Positions 8,510-17,886 of a stretch of DNA of 63,068 nt are shown in pieces. The stretch comes from a virus (lineage: Duplodnaviria > Caudoviricetes). A model generated the notes under the pieces. The model was not told the DNA's origin. It saw nothing but the letters and a program-made list of their open reading frames with translations, and searched no databases. Where the stretch lies: positions 1 through 63,068 of the IMG/VR virus record IMGVR_UViG_3300025325_000021; one strand, written 5' to 3'. The position numbers and the translations under genes were made by a program. The stretch's first letter is position 1. Every line of letters starts with the position of its first letter.

Positions 8510-8737
8510 TCACTTGCGAAACTCCGCATCGGCGTAATGGATGAGACGGTGAAGGTGTACCGTCCATCCATTGTCGCGTTTGACCAGGCGCAGATCGAAC
8601 GTGCCTTCGGGGAGTCTGTCCACCAGGCGAGCGATAGAAAGTGCCCGGCGTGACACATCCCCGCGGTCAGGCTCTTCCCTGACCTCTCCGAAGGGCGTGA
8701 AATCGACCTCGTTTCCATCCCCATCAAAGACTGTCAT
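8510..8737 (-). CDS. Hypothetical protein
   Basis: ATGA-coupled to the upstream ORF. Confidence 0.55.
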   Translation of the reverse strand: MTVFDGDGNEVDFTPFGEVREEPDRGDVSRRALSIARLVDRLPEGTFDLRLVKRDNGWTVHLHRLIHYADAEFRK

Positions 8738-8982
8738 GCCGATTGTAGCGTCTCCCCGAGCAACTCAACTGAGCGGGTAATCATCGAGCGCACCAGCTCG
8801 TTCGCCTCTTCGTCAGCGCAGCCGTAACGCTCGACAAAGATTTCCTTCGCCGCGTTGCCGGCTGCCAACAGAATCGCTGTCCCGTACACGGAGTCGTATG
8901 TCGCGTTGAGCGCAGCCATCTTCTTGTTGACCGCCAGCATACGGTTCGACCGCCGCTTTCCTGACTTCGTATCATCCGTCAT
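8734..8982 (-). CDS. Hypothetical protein
   Basis: GGAGG RBS, coupled ORF. Confidence 0.55.
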   Translation of the reverse strand: MTDDTKSGKRRSNRMLAVNKKMAALNATYDSVYGTAILLAAGNAAKEIFVERYGCADEEANELVRSMITRSVELLGETLQSA

Positions 8983-9220
8983 CTGTCTGTACCTCCACGT
9001 CCGGGAATCGCTCCATCAGTTGAATGTACCTGGCGACCAACCGTTGTCCGTAGTCGATAGCCTTGGTCGCCTGTTTGAATTTCCGCCGCGCGCCGCGCTG
9101 CCGGCCACGTAGCACGACAATTGCCTTGTAGCGTTTGTCGCCGTTGTGCGTGCGCAGCTTCGCATATCCCTCGTAGCGGTTCTCCAATTCGTTCACGTTT
9201 ATTTGAACTCCATCGAACAT
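8972..9220 (-). CDS. Hypothetical basic protein (start uncertain)
   Basis: ORF between the MuF-like gene and the next ORF. Confidence 0.45.
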   Translation of the reverse strand: MFDGVQINVNELENRYEGYAKLRTHNGDKRYKAIVVLRGRQRGARRKFKQATKAIDYGQRLVARYIQLMERFPDVEVQTDDG

Positions 9221-9897
9221 GCGCAGTTGCCGTCGCAGCGTGAGCCTATCGTCGGCGGCGGGAAATAGCCGAGTGGTTGCCAGCCCTCCGCGGCGTAGCC
9301 CTCGCAATCGACGCAGTGCTCCACGGGTGAAAGCACCCGGCGTTCTTCGGTGTACTTCTCGGATTCCTTCTTGGCCTGGCGCTCCGCGTCGTGCCAGGAT
9401 GACACCACGCTATCCGCGATCTGCCTGAGCTGGTTGCGCATTTGAGCCTCCGAGATCTCCCCGTTGGCGACCTGCTGCGCCAGCAGGTCAATCCGCTTAT
9501 AGTCCTGCTTGAGGCGCGCTCCCATGCGCCCCCAGTCAGCGTAGGTAACCGCCTCCCTGCCACCGCGCCCGAACACGGTCAGCACCTGGCGTCCCTGGCG
9601 CAGCTCCAGGGCGACCCGCTCCTGCCAGTCAGGGAGTGAAAGCTGCCCGGAGATAAGGCGCTCGGTCAGCCGGGTCAAGTTCTTGCCAATCACCTGCTCG
9701 TGGTACGTCCGCACCCTGTCCAGGACGGTTCCCATCTTGACTGCTTTGCCTGTCCAGCGTGACACCCACTCGCCGAGCTTGCGCACGAACTTGTACCCGG
9801 ACAGGCGCACCAGGAATCGATCCCAGGTCAGCCCTTCCCGACGGGCGACCCTCCTGGCGGCAAGCGCCATTTCGAGAGCGTCTTGGACTGTCGTCAT
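9199..9897 (-). CDS. Minor head protein (MuF-like)
   Basis: Follows the portal; C-terminal 'EHCVDC...GWQPLG..PPP..GSRCDGNCAC' Cys motif. Confidence 0.75.
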   Translation of the reverse strand: MTTVQDALEMALAARRVARREGLTWDRFLVRLSGYKFVRKLGEWVSRWTGKAVKMGTVLDRVRTYHEQVIGKNLTRLTERLISGQLSLPDWQERVALELRQGRQVLTVFGRGGREAVTYADWGRMGARLKQDYKRIDLLAQQVANGEISEAQMRNQLRQIADSVVSSWHDAERQAKKESEKYTEERRVLSPVEHCVDCEGYAAEGWQPLGYFPPPTIGSRCDGNCACSMEFK

Positions 9898-12014
9898 TCC
9901 TCGACGACCTCCGCGTCCAGTAATTCCAGCAAGCCGGGGTCGTGCTCCTTTGCCCAGCGACGAAAGCGGTTGAGGGCCGTCTGGACTTTGCCAGCCGGGT
10001 CGTTGGCGATATACTCAACAGTAGTGGGGCGTTCATCCGGGGAGACTGTGAACGGGCGAAAAGCTAGTTCGCGTTTTACTCCAGATAGCTTGAAAGTTTC
10101 GTGCTTGCCTCCCCAAACGAGGTGTAGCGCGCCGAACTCCAGATCAATCCCAGCCTCCACTGGAGGGAGCGATGCGATCTCCGGGGCATACGCCAGAGTA
10201 ACATGAGGAATGAAACCGTGAGTACGGGAGTGGGCGATCCCAGCCCAACGCAGGGCGTCCACCAGGCGTTGACGGAATCCGGTGATGTCCGGGGAGTCTA
10301 CCAGGGCAACGTAGGCTTTGCCAGTCCCATTCCCGGCCAGATCAAATACAGCGCGCCCGGTCACCCTGCCTGTCACCGGGGGCATGCTTGCAGCAAAGGC
10401 AGCCAACGCCTTCGCTACCTCAGAACGTTTTACTTTGACATCCGCCTTGGGACCCAAAAACGCCAGGGTCAAATGCAGCTCATCCGCGGGGAGCGCCCCG
10501 TCGATCCCAACTGCCAGTTTTCCTGCCGCCTCGGGTTGAGGATAGAAGGCGATCATCACCCCGCCGTTCTGCTCCAATTCCGCCAGCCTCAGCCATCCCA
10601 GCGTTGTTGACGGCTCTTCCGGCGTCCCTTCATCGTCGAGCGATTCTTCGCCCTCCTCTTCCGGCGCGGGTTCTGTCTCCGGTACTGGAGAGGTTTCCTC
10701 AAGCTCGATAACGGGGAGCGCCTCGGGGAGGAAGTCCGACTTGCGGCGAACCTCGATCAGGTCGTCATCGCCCAGCGGGGCGATAGCGGCGTAAGCCTGG
10801 ATAAACGCGCCCAGGTTTGCCAAGTCGATCATCTTCTGCACCCGGCGTATGCCCAGCTTGGGGCGGCGCGTCATGTCCGGGAAAGCATCGCGGTTCACCG
10901 GGTAATCGAACAGACGGCGTCCGATCTGAGCGTCAGCCTGGTTGACGTATGATTCCGCCATAGCGTTGAACACAGCCAGGTAGAACTCGTTGGCGTCCTT
11001 GACCGAGGAATATGACCCGTAAGGCGACAGCGTTCCCAGCGCCGCCCACTGCATGGCAATCAGCGCCAGTTTCAGGATGCCGTAGTAACGAATCGTGTTG
11101 AGCAGCGATTCCGCAGCAGCGAACGGGGAGTCAACGACCTCGCCCTTGACGTTGCGCGGCCAGGCGGCGTAGTTGCCCTCCTGAGCGGTCAGCAGGGCGC
11201 GTACCATCTTCTTGATTTCCGTGTGGTCATCGGGAGTAAGCTGGCGATCCGTGGTCACCGAGACGTGACCGGCCGCGTGCTCAAAGCCGATCCCCATGAC
11301 CACCTCGAAGTTGTACTTGATGCGCTCCAACCGCCAGAGAGCTTCCATGACCGGCAGACCTTCCGGGGAGTCCGGGTCACCGTGTACCACATGTAACGAC
11401 CGTTCGAGTGGGATCGTCACGATCGGATTGGGGATGTCATATTGCGTAAATCCCCTGAGCCTGCCGCTCTTGTCGTCCAAGTCCCAAGCATAAAACGATT
11501 CGTAGTGGCGGAAGCCGAGCCGTCGGTAGCCGATCAGCCCGTCGTCATAGTCGCTGCGCCACGGGTCGTTGCCGGGAGGATGCCAGTCCTGCTTGCGCAG
11601 ACCGGGAACCGCTTCCCACCATCCCCAACCGTAGAAGGGGACGCGGGTCATCGCCGATTCGATCCAGCGCCCGATGCCGCCCTCCAGGTCGTTGAGCGTC
11701 TCGTTGGCGAAATCAACCGCCCGCTTGTCATCATCGGTCGGGTCATCTACCTGGGGATCGATGGAAAACTCCACGCCGAGACGGGAGGCCATCGACGATT
11801 GTACCAGCCGGGCGACGGCCACCTCCGGGTCGTTGCGCCAGATGCGATTGAACAAAGGGATGCAGGTCGGGTAGCGCAGCTCTGAATGGTAAGCCATCCT
11901 GATGTACCCGCTCCAGGCTTCAATGCCTGACGTCCCCGTCTCCGCCCAACGTCGCGTCGCTTCTTGTTGGAGATCTGCGTTTTCTTTGTAAGAGTTTTCT
12001 CTGTAATCAGCCAT
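9894..12014 (-). CDS. Portal protein (Mu gp29/DUF935-like) fused to a C-terminal 2H-phosphoesterase domain
   Basis: Directly after the terminase. Portal-like N-terminal ~430 aa ('FYGWGWWEAV', 'SPEGLPVMEALW'), an acidic linker, then two HxT motifs 'LHLTLAFLG' and 'FIPHVTLAY'. Confidence 0.85.
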   Translation of the reverse strand: MADYRENSYKENADLQQEATRRWAETGTSGIEAWSGYIRMAYHSELRYPTCIPLFNRIWRNDPEVAVARLVQSSMASRLGVEFSIDPQVDDPTDDDKRAVDFANETLNDLEGGIGRWIESAMTRVPFYGWGWWEAVPGLRKQDWHPPGNDPWRSDYDDGLIGYRRLGFRHYESFYAWDLDDKSGRLRGFTQYDIPNPIVTIPLERSLHVVHGDPDSPEGLPVMEALWRLERIKYNFEVVMGIGFEHAAGHVSVTTDRQLTPDDHTEIKKMVRALLTAQEGNYAAWPRNVKGEVVDSPFAAAESLLNTIRYYGILKLALIAMQWAALGTLSPYGSYSSVKDANEFYLAVFNAMAESYVNQADAQIGRRLFDYPVNRDAFPDMTRRPKLGIRRVQKMIDLANLGAFIQAYAAIAPLGDDDLIEVRRKSDFLPEALPVIELEETSPVPETEPAPEEEGEESLDDEGTPEEPSTTLGWLRLAELEQNGGVMIAFYPQPEAAGKLAVGIDGALPADELHLTLAFLGPKADVKVKRSEVAKALAAFAASMPPVTGRVTGRAVFDLAGNGTGKAYVALVDSPDITGFRQRLVDALRWAGIAHSRTHGFIPHVTLAYAPEIASLPPVEAGIDLEFGALHLVWGGKHETFKLSGVKRELAFRPFTVSPDERPTTVEYIANDPAGKVQTALNRFRRWAKEHDPGLLELLDAEVVEE

Positions 12015-12019
12015 GTCTT

Positions 12020-13375
12020 CTACCTCCAGGGGTTGACATAGTCGTCGTCCTGTCCCAGCCCCCGTACATCTCGCATTGACGGCTCGTCACCGAGCACGTA
12101 AGCAAACAGATAGCGGAGAGCGTCCAACAGGTGGAAACGTTCCTTATGCTCAATGGCGTCAGTAAAAACGCCGTTCTTGACAACGCGCCGATAGCTCCCG
12201 ATCTCTGAAATCAGGTTGGGGCAGGAGTCGTGTACTACCAGGCGATATGAACTAATCAGTCCAATGATGCGATCAATCCCTGCCCAGACGTCGGTAATAG
12301 TCGGCTCGATCAACGGAATACCGTGCGCGTCAAAATCCTTACGTTGCTGCCGTTCTGAACGTGCCCCGCCCACCCAAGCAAAGATGTTATCCGTGGCAGT
12401 GAGCGTCAAAACATTCGCTGCATGATTTTCCGTAGTCAATCCGAACGGTTCGTAGTATTCGCGATAGACGTGATAGACGTCTGACTTCGGATCGTACGCC
12501 ACCCACACCGCGGCAATGTACGCTCCGAATGGGTCAATGCCGACCCAGCGAGGCCACAGTTTGGGTAGTGGGACGGAGGCGACCTTGTGGCGTTTCTCGT
12601 CGAACGCCTCGTAGATTGCGCCCTCCGGGGCGACCCACGCCCCGCGATAAAGACGCTGACGGCGTGCCCCTGTCAGTTTCTTAAGCGGCTCCAGGCGCAA
12701 ACGTCCGTGCTTGGTCAGTCTGCCGTGAGTGTCATAAATTTCCGGGTTATCCCTGTGCACCGTCTCCAACAGCTTCAGAGACCCAGAGCGGGAGCGGGAG
12801 AGAATCCAATGCGTAGGGTGAGCCGGGTTGCAGTCACCCATCAAAAATGCAAAGGGAGCATTGCCGGCGCGCAACGTGGCGCGGGTGGAAAGGAACTCCC
12901 AGTCCCCGAGCCAAAGCTCCTCTGCCTGGTTGACGTAGATTACGTCGCGTTCGGAAGAAAGCACCTTACTGTCCTTGTCCATGCCAGCGACCCAGATCGT
13001 CGATCCGTTGGGGTAAATGAATCGCTCCGGGCGTTTGTCGCCGCCGTAAGTCTCCACGCCGTCAGTCGGGAGAAGAATCTTGCGGATCAGCGTCTGTACT
13101 GCTGAGGGGTACAGATCCGACTGCTGCTTGCGCGCCATAGTGATCTGGATACCGGGGTATTCCCAGCAGAGCCGATTGAGGAGGGAGAGGGCACCCAACG
13201 TCTTGCCGGTGTCGGCTGGGCCGGAAAGGATCACCTCGCCGCGGCGATGTTTCTGTATCTTTGCAATGTTACCCCGAAATTCGTATTTGCGGCCCTTCGT
13301 CCGGGTGTCGGAGGGAGCAAGCCACTCGACCACCTGGCGCACCACACTTTCCGTAGCTGATACGTAGTCGCTCAT
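12020..13375 (-). CDS. terL: Terminase large subunit
   Basis: Walker A 'SGPADTGKT', Walker-B-like 'VIYVNQAEE', coupling motif 'DCNPAHPTHWI', nuclease motifs 'GIDP' and 'HLLDALRY'. Confidence 0.92.
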   Translation of the reverse strand: MSDYVSATESVVRQVVEWLAPSDTRTKGRKYEFRGNIAKIQKHRRGEVILSGPADTGKTLGALSLLNRLCWEYPGIQITMARKQQSDLYPSAVQTLIRKILLPTDGVETYGGDKRPERFIYPNGSTIWVAGMDKDSKVLSSERDVIYVNQAEELWLGDWEFLSTRATLRAGNAPFAFLMGDCNPAHPTHWILSRSRSGSLKLLETVHRDNPEIYDTHGRLTKHGRLRLEPLKKLTGARRQRLYRGAWVAPEGAIYEAFDEKRHKVASVPLPKLWPRWVGIDPFGAYIAAVWVAYDPKSDVYHVYREYYEPFGLTTENHAANVLTLTATDNIFAWVGGARSERQQRKDFDAHGIPLIEPTITDVWAGIDRIIGLISSYRLVVHDSCPNLISEIGSYRRVVKNGVFTDAIEHKERFHLLDALRYLFAYVLGDEPSMRDVRGLGQDDDYVNPWR

Positions 13376-14130
13376 TCTCTGCCGTTCCCGACCATGCCTG
13401 TCTGCAGGGCGAGTTGAGCAAAACGCTTCGCCAGGTTTGCCAGCTCAGCTTTATCAGAAACTGTCTGGTGGGCGGCGTCAGTCATCGCCCGAAACAGATT
13501 CAGCACCTGCTCGGAATGAATCATGGTCTGCATTTCCACACGTCGCCGGCGCTCTGATTCCTCGAGGCGTTGCAGGGTGAGCAGCCCGACCCGGATTTCG
13601 CTCCAGGCAGCGTAATCGGAGACGCCGCGGGCAAGGATTCTGTTAAGGGATGACAGCGAGTCTGCCACCGCCTCGTTATCCTTACGTTGCAGAGCTTTAA
13701 CAAGTTCAGAGTGCGCCGCCTGGGCTTGCTGCCAGTAAAACCCAGCTTCCCCAGTATCGACCCTGGAAAGCAGATCATAGATACGTGACTTCCATAGCGC
13801 AATTTCGCCGACCAGGGAAAGCAGATCCGGGTCTTTAGCTGCCGCAGTGTAATGATCCACCAGTCGGGAGGGAAGGTACTTCGAGTACCCGCCATGCTTC
13901 CAGGATGGCGCGGCAATTCCCACGGGCGTTGCTCCGCCGTGAGTATAGCAAAAGGTCTTGCCGCGCATGGCGTGCCCGAGACACTGGCGATTGTTCCGGG
14001 CTGACCATTTTTGACAACGCCGTCGGCCTTCGTACCTGTGCCCCTGGGGGAAATCGGGGACAGGCACGAAGTCCGATGGTTTCGGATAAAGTTTGACCCT
14101 TTGACTTGTACCCGGGTCATGGGGTTTCAT
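13372..14130 (-). CDS. Putative terminase small subunit (HGGxSTG-type zinc motif)
   Basis: 'RCQKW...QCLGHAMRGKTFCYTHGGATP...WKHGGYSK', immediately upstream of terL. Confidence 0.7.
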   Translation of the reverse strand: MKPHDPGTSQRVKLYPKPSDFVPVPDFPQGHRYEGRRRCQKWSARNNRQCLGHAMRGKTFCYTHGGATPVGIAAPSWKHGGYSKYLPSRLVDHYTAAAKDPDLLSLVGEIALWKSRIYDLLSRVDTGEAGFYWQQAQAAHSELVKALQRKDNEAVADSLSSLNRILARGVSDYAAWSEIRVGLLTLQRLEESERRRRVEMQTMIHSEQVLNLFRAMTDAAHQTVSDKAELANLAKRFAQLALQTGMVGNGRE

Positions 14131-14142
14131 TGAGCCATATCG

Positions 14143-14802
14143 TTATAGGCTCGACGGTGCAAGGATTGGCTTGTCTTCTCTCACCAAGTAGATGCCGGGC
14201 ATGGAAACGAGTGTGATGATCCCCTTGTATACAATCTGACCCCCGACCAGCGACAGCGCAGTGGCGAAAGGAATTGATTCTGCGCCGAATAACGGAGGCA
14301 AGACCACAAAAGCCAGCGAAGCAAAGACCAGAGAGTCTATCGGTAAACTGATTGCGTTTGATGTCAAGACGCGCGTCCACTGAGGCGCATTTGAGAAACG
14401 CTGTCGGTAGAAGTGATACACTTCGGTGTCGATCAGTTCGCTAATGATCTCAGCCGCGATGGACCCAACCGTGATTGCGGGGACAACTGCAAAGACAGCC
14501 GACCAGGCTTCACCCAGTTGATAGAATGGAGGCCAGGGCAGTCTTGCCATCCAAGCCAAGTACAGGGCTTGAACGATGTTGAATGCGCCCGCGCAAACGA
14601 TTGCGGCCTGCGACCATGTCTTGCCCAGCCGTTTATGAATCAGATCACGGATAGTAAACGTCAGGGCAAAGATCAATGATCCTGCTGGCATTGTGATCCC
14701 AGTAATGGAGATCAATTTTGTCGCTCCAATGTCTGCCACAGCCTGGCAAAGGATGTAGCTTCCAATCAATGCAACGACGATCCAGATAGTTTTCTTGTTC
14801 AT
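14143..14802 (-). CDS. yhhQ: Queuosine-precursor (preQ0/preQ1) transporter, VUT/YhhQ family
   Basis: Multi-TM protein with 'ADIGATKLI', 'AGSLIFALTFTIRDLIHKRLG', 'SIAAEIISELIDTEVYH', 'RVLTSNAISLPIDSLVF'. Confidence 0.85.
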   Translation of the reverse strand: MNKKTIWIVVALIGSYILCQAVADIGATKLISITGITMPAGSLIFALTFTIRDLIHKRLGKTWSQAAIVCAGAFNIVQALYLAWMARLPWPPFYQLGEAWSAVFAVVPAITVGSIAAEIISELIDTEVYHFYRQRFSNAPQWTRVLTSNAISLPIDSLVFASLAFVVLPPLFGAESIPFATALSLVGGQIVYKGIITLVSMPGIYLVREDKPILAPSSL

Positions 14803-14804
14803 TT

Positions 14805-15146
14805 TTAACCTCGCTTGATGTTCGAAATGGATGCGCTCACCGGCGCGTGTACGGTTGACTCCGCGTGAACAGTCACGAACAGGAGTATGTCACCAAGCAC
14901 CGCTTTGAGTGTATCGAACACCAAGCGGGCCAGGTCTTCGATGGTCATTTGATCCAGAGCAATTGTTTTCAGCCATGATTCAAATGCTTCGAATTCGAGA
15001 AGTGTTTGTTGAGGATAGAATTCTATTTCAATTTTGCCATAGAAAGCCGCCTTCCCTATTGAACAGATAGTTGAGTAGGATGGAGAATAAAAGACCTTCG
15101 ACCCTGGGGGCAGGGAGTTATTGGGGATAGTCAAGCTCGATGTCAT
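14805..15146 (-). CDS. QueF-like T-fold protein (QueF-L type; lacks the QueF NADPH motif)
   Basis: 'STICSIGKAAFYGKIEIEFYP..LLEFEAFESWL...TIEDLARLVFDTL' follows the QueF/FolE T-fold pattern with the catalytic-position Cys. Confidence 0.65.
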   Translation of the reverse strand: MTSSLTIPNNSLPPGSKVFYSPSYSTICSIGKAAFYGKIEIEFYPQQTLLEFEAFESWLKTIALDQMTIEDLARLVFDTLKAVLGDILLFVTVHAESTVHAPVSASISNIKRG

Positions 15147-15570
15147 TTTGATAGTCTTCCGGTCTGGTAAACCAGGCGTTTTGTTGGGCGAAACCGATTG
15201 AATAAAACTCCCCAAAGGACAGCCTGATTTCATCGTTCAGCCTGATTAAGAGGAGATTCTGAAACCAGCCTGGGGGCAGATCGAGGGTGACCACCAGGCG
15301 CGACTTGTTGTCCCGTCTGAAAGGATGCATGCGTGAGTCCAGCTCGTCCGGAGTTGTTTCCACAGAAACGACCAGGTCGTTGTCCAGCAAAAACTGAGCC
15401 AGCTCCCATTTTTCGACAGTCTCTTTGCACAGCCAAACGTGGCCGAGATTGTGTTTCCGACAAACCGCCAAGATCATGTCAAATCTACCGCGGGTTGTTT
15501 TGCGCACAAAAAGGCTGGGAATACCGGCGAACCTGCCTTCTATCTCAATGCCTGTCCATAATTCAGCCAT
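15118..15570 (-). CDS. Hypothetical protein of the modification cluster
   Basis: MAELWTGIEIEGRFAGIPSLFV...; GGAGG upstream; overlaps both neighbours. Confidence 0.65.
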   Translation of the reverse strand: MAELWTGIEIEGRFAGIPSLFVRKTTRGRFDMILAVCRKHNLGHVWLCKETVEKWELAQFLLDNDLVVSVETTPDELDSRMHPFRRDNKSRLVVTLDLPPGWFQNLLLIRLNDEIRLSFGEFYSIGFAQQNAWFTRPEDYQNDIELDYPQ

Positions 15571-16687
15571 TCCAGATATTGACCTCCTGGGGTGATCTTC
15601 CGCTCTGCCGAGCAAAGAGGGGGTAGTAATACCTGCCACGATCACAAAGTCGAGCGATCTCAAAATGAGTGCGAGGTGAATCGATCACCTGATGAAACAG
15701 GCTCAAAGCGGATTCCAGGCTAAAAGCGGAGTATAACCGATCAGAAGGGACGCACTCCGGGAAACTGCGCCAATTCGGATACACCACGTCGCAACCGGCA
15801 ATGCAGCCTTCCAGTAACGTCCAAGAAACGTAGTCCTGGAGCGAGCAATTAAAAATAATCTTCGATTTAGCCAGTTCCTGATAATATTCGTCCTTCGTCA
15901 GCCCTGCTCTTAGAGCAAATCGCGGCTGCTCAGAAGCCAACTGTTTTAGTTGATCTATCATACCGGGAGCATTGCTTGCAAACTGAGTACGGGAAGTGGT
16001 CACCATCCAAGACCAGTCGGGGTAAACCTTCAAAAATTGACGGGCGACCTCCAGCATAAATACCGGTTGCTTCTCCCCGTCCAGCCGAGAGGCAAAGATG
16101 ACTTGGTTCTGTTTTTTTACGTCTGGAAGGCGACCGGCGACTTCGGCGTAATCTATGGGTAAGCCAATGACATGAATCGGCGCGCTAAAGCCAGCCTCCC
16201 GGAGTTGTTCTTTGTGGATCGAGCTCCCGACAAAAATCCCGGTCATCATCCCGTCATAGCTTATCTCGATAGGGCGCATCCAGTCACGCATCGGCCAGGT
16301 AAAATCGTATATGTCCACCGTCTGCGCCCATAACTGGGCATAGTAGTCCAGGGTGATGTTTTTAATATGCGCAGCGTAAAAGATGGCTTCGATCCCTGGG
16401 GTCCAAAAATCCTGCAAGACCACCACGTCCCCGTTGTTGACTCTGCCTTCGTCGACCAGGTGGAGAAACCGGGAGACCTGTGACAACGAGTAAACCCCCC
16501 TGCCAACCGCGTCCAAAACCACGCCGTCCCGGATGTCGTCTGCAAGCACAGCCCCTGGAATCGGGACAAAAGCAAGGTCGCTAAACTGGGCAAAGGCATT
16601 CGGAATCCACCACTGGCTAAGCTGAGTGGTGTAACGCGACTTGATCGGTTCCAAGCCAAAGTAAAAAACTTGCTTCTTAGTCAGCAT
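15563..16687 (-). CDS. GT-B (GT4-like) glycosyltransferase
   Basis: 'VIFASRLDGEKQP', 'YYQELAKSKIIFNCSLQDYVSWTLLEGCIAGC..VYP..SFPE' form a GT-B C-terminal domain with a D-x7-E variant of E-x7-E. Confidence 0.85.
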   Translation of the reverse strand: MLTKKQVFYFGLEPIKSRYTTQLSQWWIPNAFAQFSDLAFVPIPGAVLADDIRDGVVLDAVGRGVYSLSQVSRFLHLVDEGRVNNGDVVVLQDFWTPGIEAIFYAAHIKNITLDYYAQLWAQTVDIYDFTWPMRDWMRPIEISYDGMMTGIFVGSSIHKEQLREAGFSAPIHVIGLPIDYAEVAGRLPDVKKQNQVIFASRLDGEKQPVFMLEVARQFLKVYPDWSWMVTTSRTQFASNAPGMIDQLKQLASEQPRFALRAGLTKDEYYQELAKSKIIFNCSLQDYVSWTLLEGCIAGCDVVYPNWRSFPECVPSDRLYSAFSLESALSLFHQVIDSPRTHFEIARLCDRGRYYYPLFARQSGRSPQEVNIWNG

Positions 16688-17018
16688 AATAGTAAGCCCC
16701 GTTCTCGTTGTCCTCAAAGACACCGACGTAGAAAGCTGCCAGTTGATCGCATAATTCCCCGGCGATCATCTCACAAGACTTGCCTTGAAAATCATAGCCA
16801 AAACCGTTGTGTGGGTACAGACCGTCAAGAGCCGAGCGGATCTCGTTCTGGAGTTCAAAGAACTCGAGTTCCCGATCGCTGCCTCCCACTCTGAACCCGA
16901 CTTTGATGTGCAGGTTATGGCGGTGGGTATGGCGCAAGAAAGATAAGTGTTCCGGCGCTCCCAGCCAGTAATGAAATCCAGGGACGACCAAACGGGCTTG
17001 GATGATGATTCTAGACAT
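16677..17018 (-). CDS. QueD/PTPS-like T-fold protein
   Basis: 'GFHYW...HTHRHNLHIKV' (His cluster, cf. HGH), 'ELEFFEL', 'SCEMIA', 'VFEDNENGA'. Confidence 0.65.
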   Translation of the reverse strand: MSRIIIQARLVVPGFHYWLGAPEHLSFLRHTHRHNLHIKVGFRVGGSDRELEFFELQNEIRSALDGLYPHNGFGYDFQGKSCEMIAGELCDQLAAFYVGVFEDNENGAYYYAD

Positions 17019-17886
17019 TTGTTTGATTGTAAAAATATTGCCAGTTATTGCTGTGCCAATTGTAAAGGCGGTAGCCTAACGCAGCCCCTGCCATGTAATT
17101 ATCACGGTCGCCCCGGCGAACCTGGAACCCGTCCGAAACCTGGTTGTGGAGCGTACAGCAGCCGCCTTCCCCCAGCCTGCCAAAACGAATCAACGCCGAG
17201 GACAAGGTCGTATCAATGCTATCGAATAAAGGGTAAGCCAACAAGTAGTAATGCACCCCAAGACCGAGGATGTGAATCCATACATCGGGGTACTTTAACT
17301 TGGCAACGTTTGCCAGGTCCAATATCGTGCGGCGTACGATGTCAGCCTCCATTGCCACGTTGCCAAAAGCAACCCGGTCGTAGTTCTGGAGCAGGTAATG
17401 GAGATACGCGCTGTCATCCCCGACCGGGTGGACAACCGGTATCGGGACGAGTCCTCTCGATTCCATCCGTTCGCGGAGCAGAGTTTTCTGTTCGGTGTTG
17501 CCTATGTCCAGCTCAACGTAACCCCACAGCTTGCCCTCGTATTTATGAAGGAACCTGCAATACTCGTCGAAATATTTAGTCAGTTCGGGGCTGTTTATGT
17601 CGATCCTTCTATCTGCCGACAAAATTGAAAAAGTCCCCTCCCGCGCCATCTTCATGTAAATGCCATGCGTCCCGGAGTCGATCAATATCCGATCTTCCCT
17701 GCGAATAGAATGTTCCAAGTACTCGAAATCTTTTGGAGAGTCAAGCTCGTAGTAGGAGTACAAGTAATTGTTCTGCAAACCCATGTCCGCCAGGTAGGTA
17801 AGGGTCGCGTTAAACACCAGTTTGCCGGGCGTGTCCGCTTTCCCGCCGCCAGTAACTTTCTTATTGCTTGACGATAGCTGATTCAC
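17011..17886 (-). CDS. TGT/DpdA-like base-exchange transglycosylase
   Basis: TGT-fold motifs 'ILIDSGTH', 'YVELDIG', 'PIPVVH', 'RVAFG', 'WIHILGLG', 'FDSIDTT'; sits among Que-like genes. Confidence 0.75.
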   Translation of the reverse strand: MNQLSSSNKKVTGGGKADTPGKLVFNATLTYLADMGLQNNYLYSYYELDSPKDFEYLEHSIRREDRILIDSGTHGIYMKMAREGTFSILSADRRIDINSPELTKYFDEYCRFLHKYEGKLWGYVELDIGNTEQKTLLRERMESRGLVPIPVVHPVGDDSAYLHYLLQNYDRVAFGNVAMEADIVRRTILDLANVAKLKYPDVWIHILGLGVHYYLLAYPLFDSIDTTLSSALIRFGRLGEGGCCTLHNQVSDGFQVRRGDRDNYMAGAALGYRLYNWHSNNWQYFYNQTNV

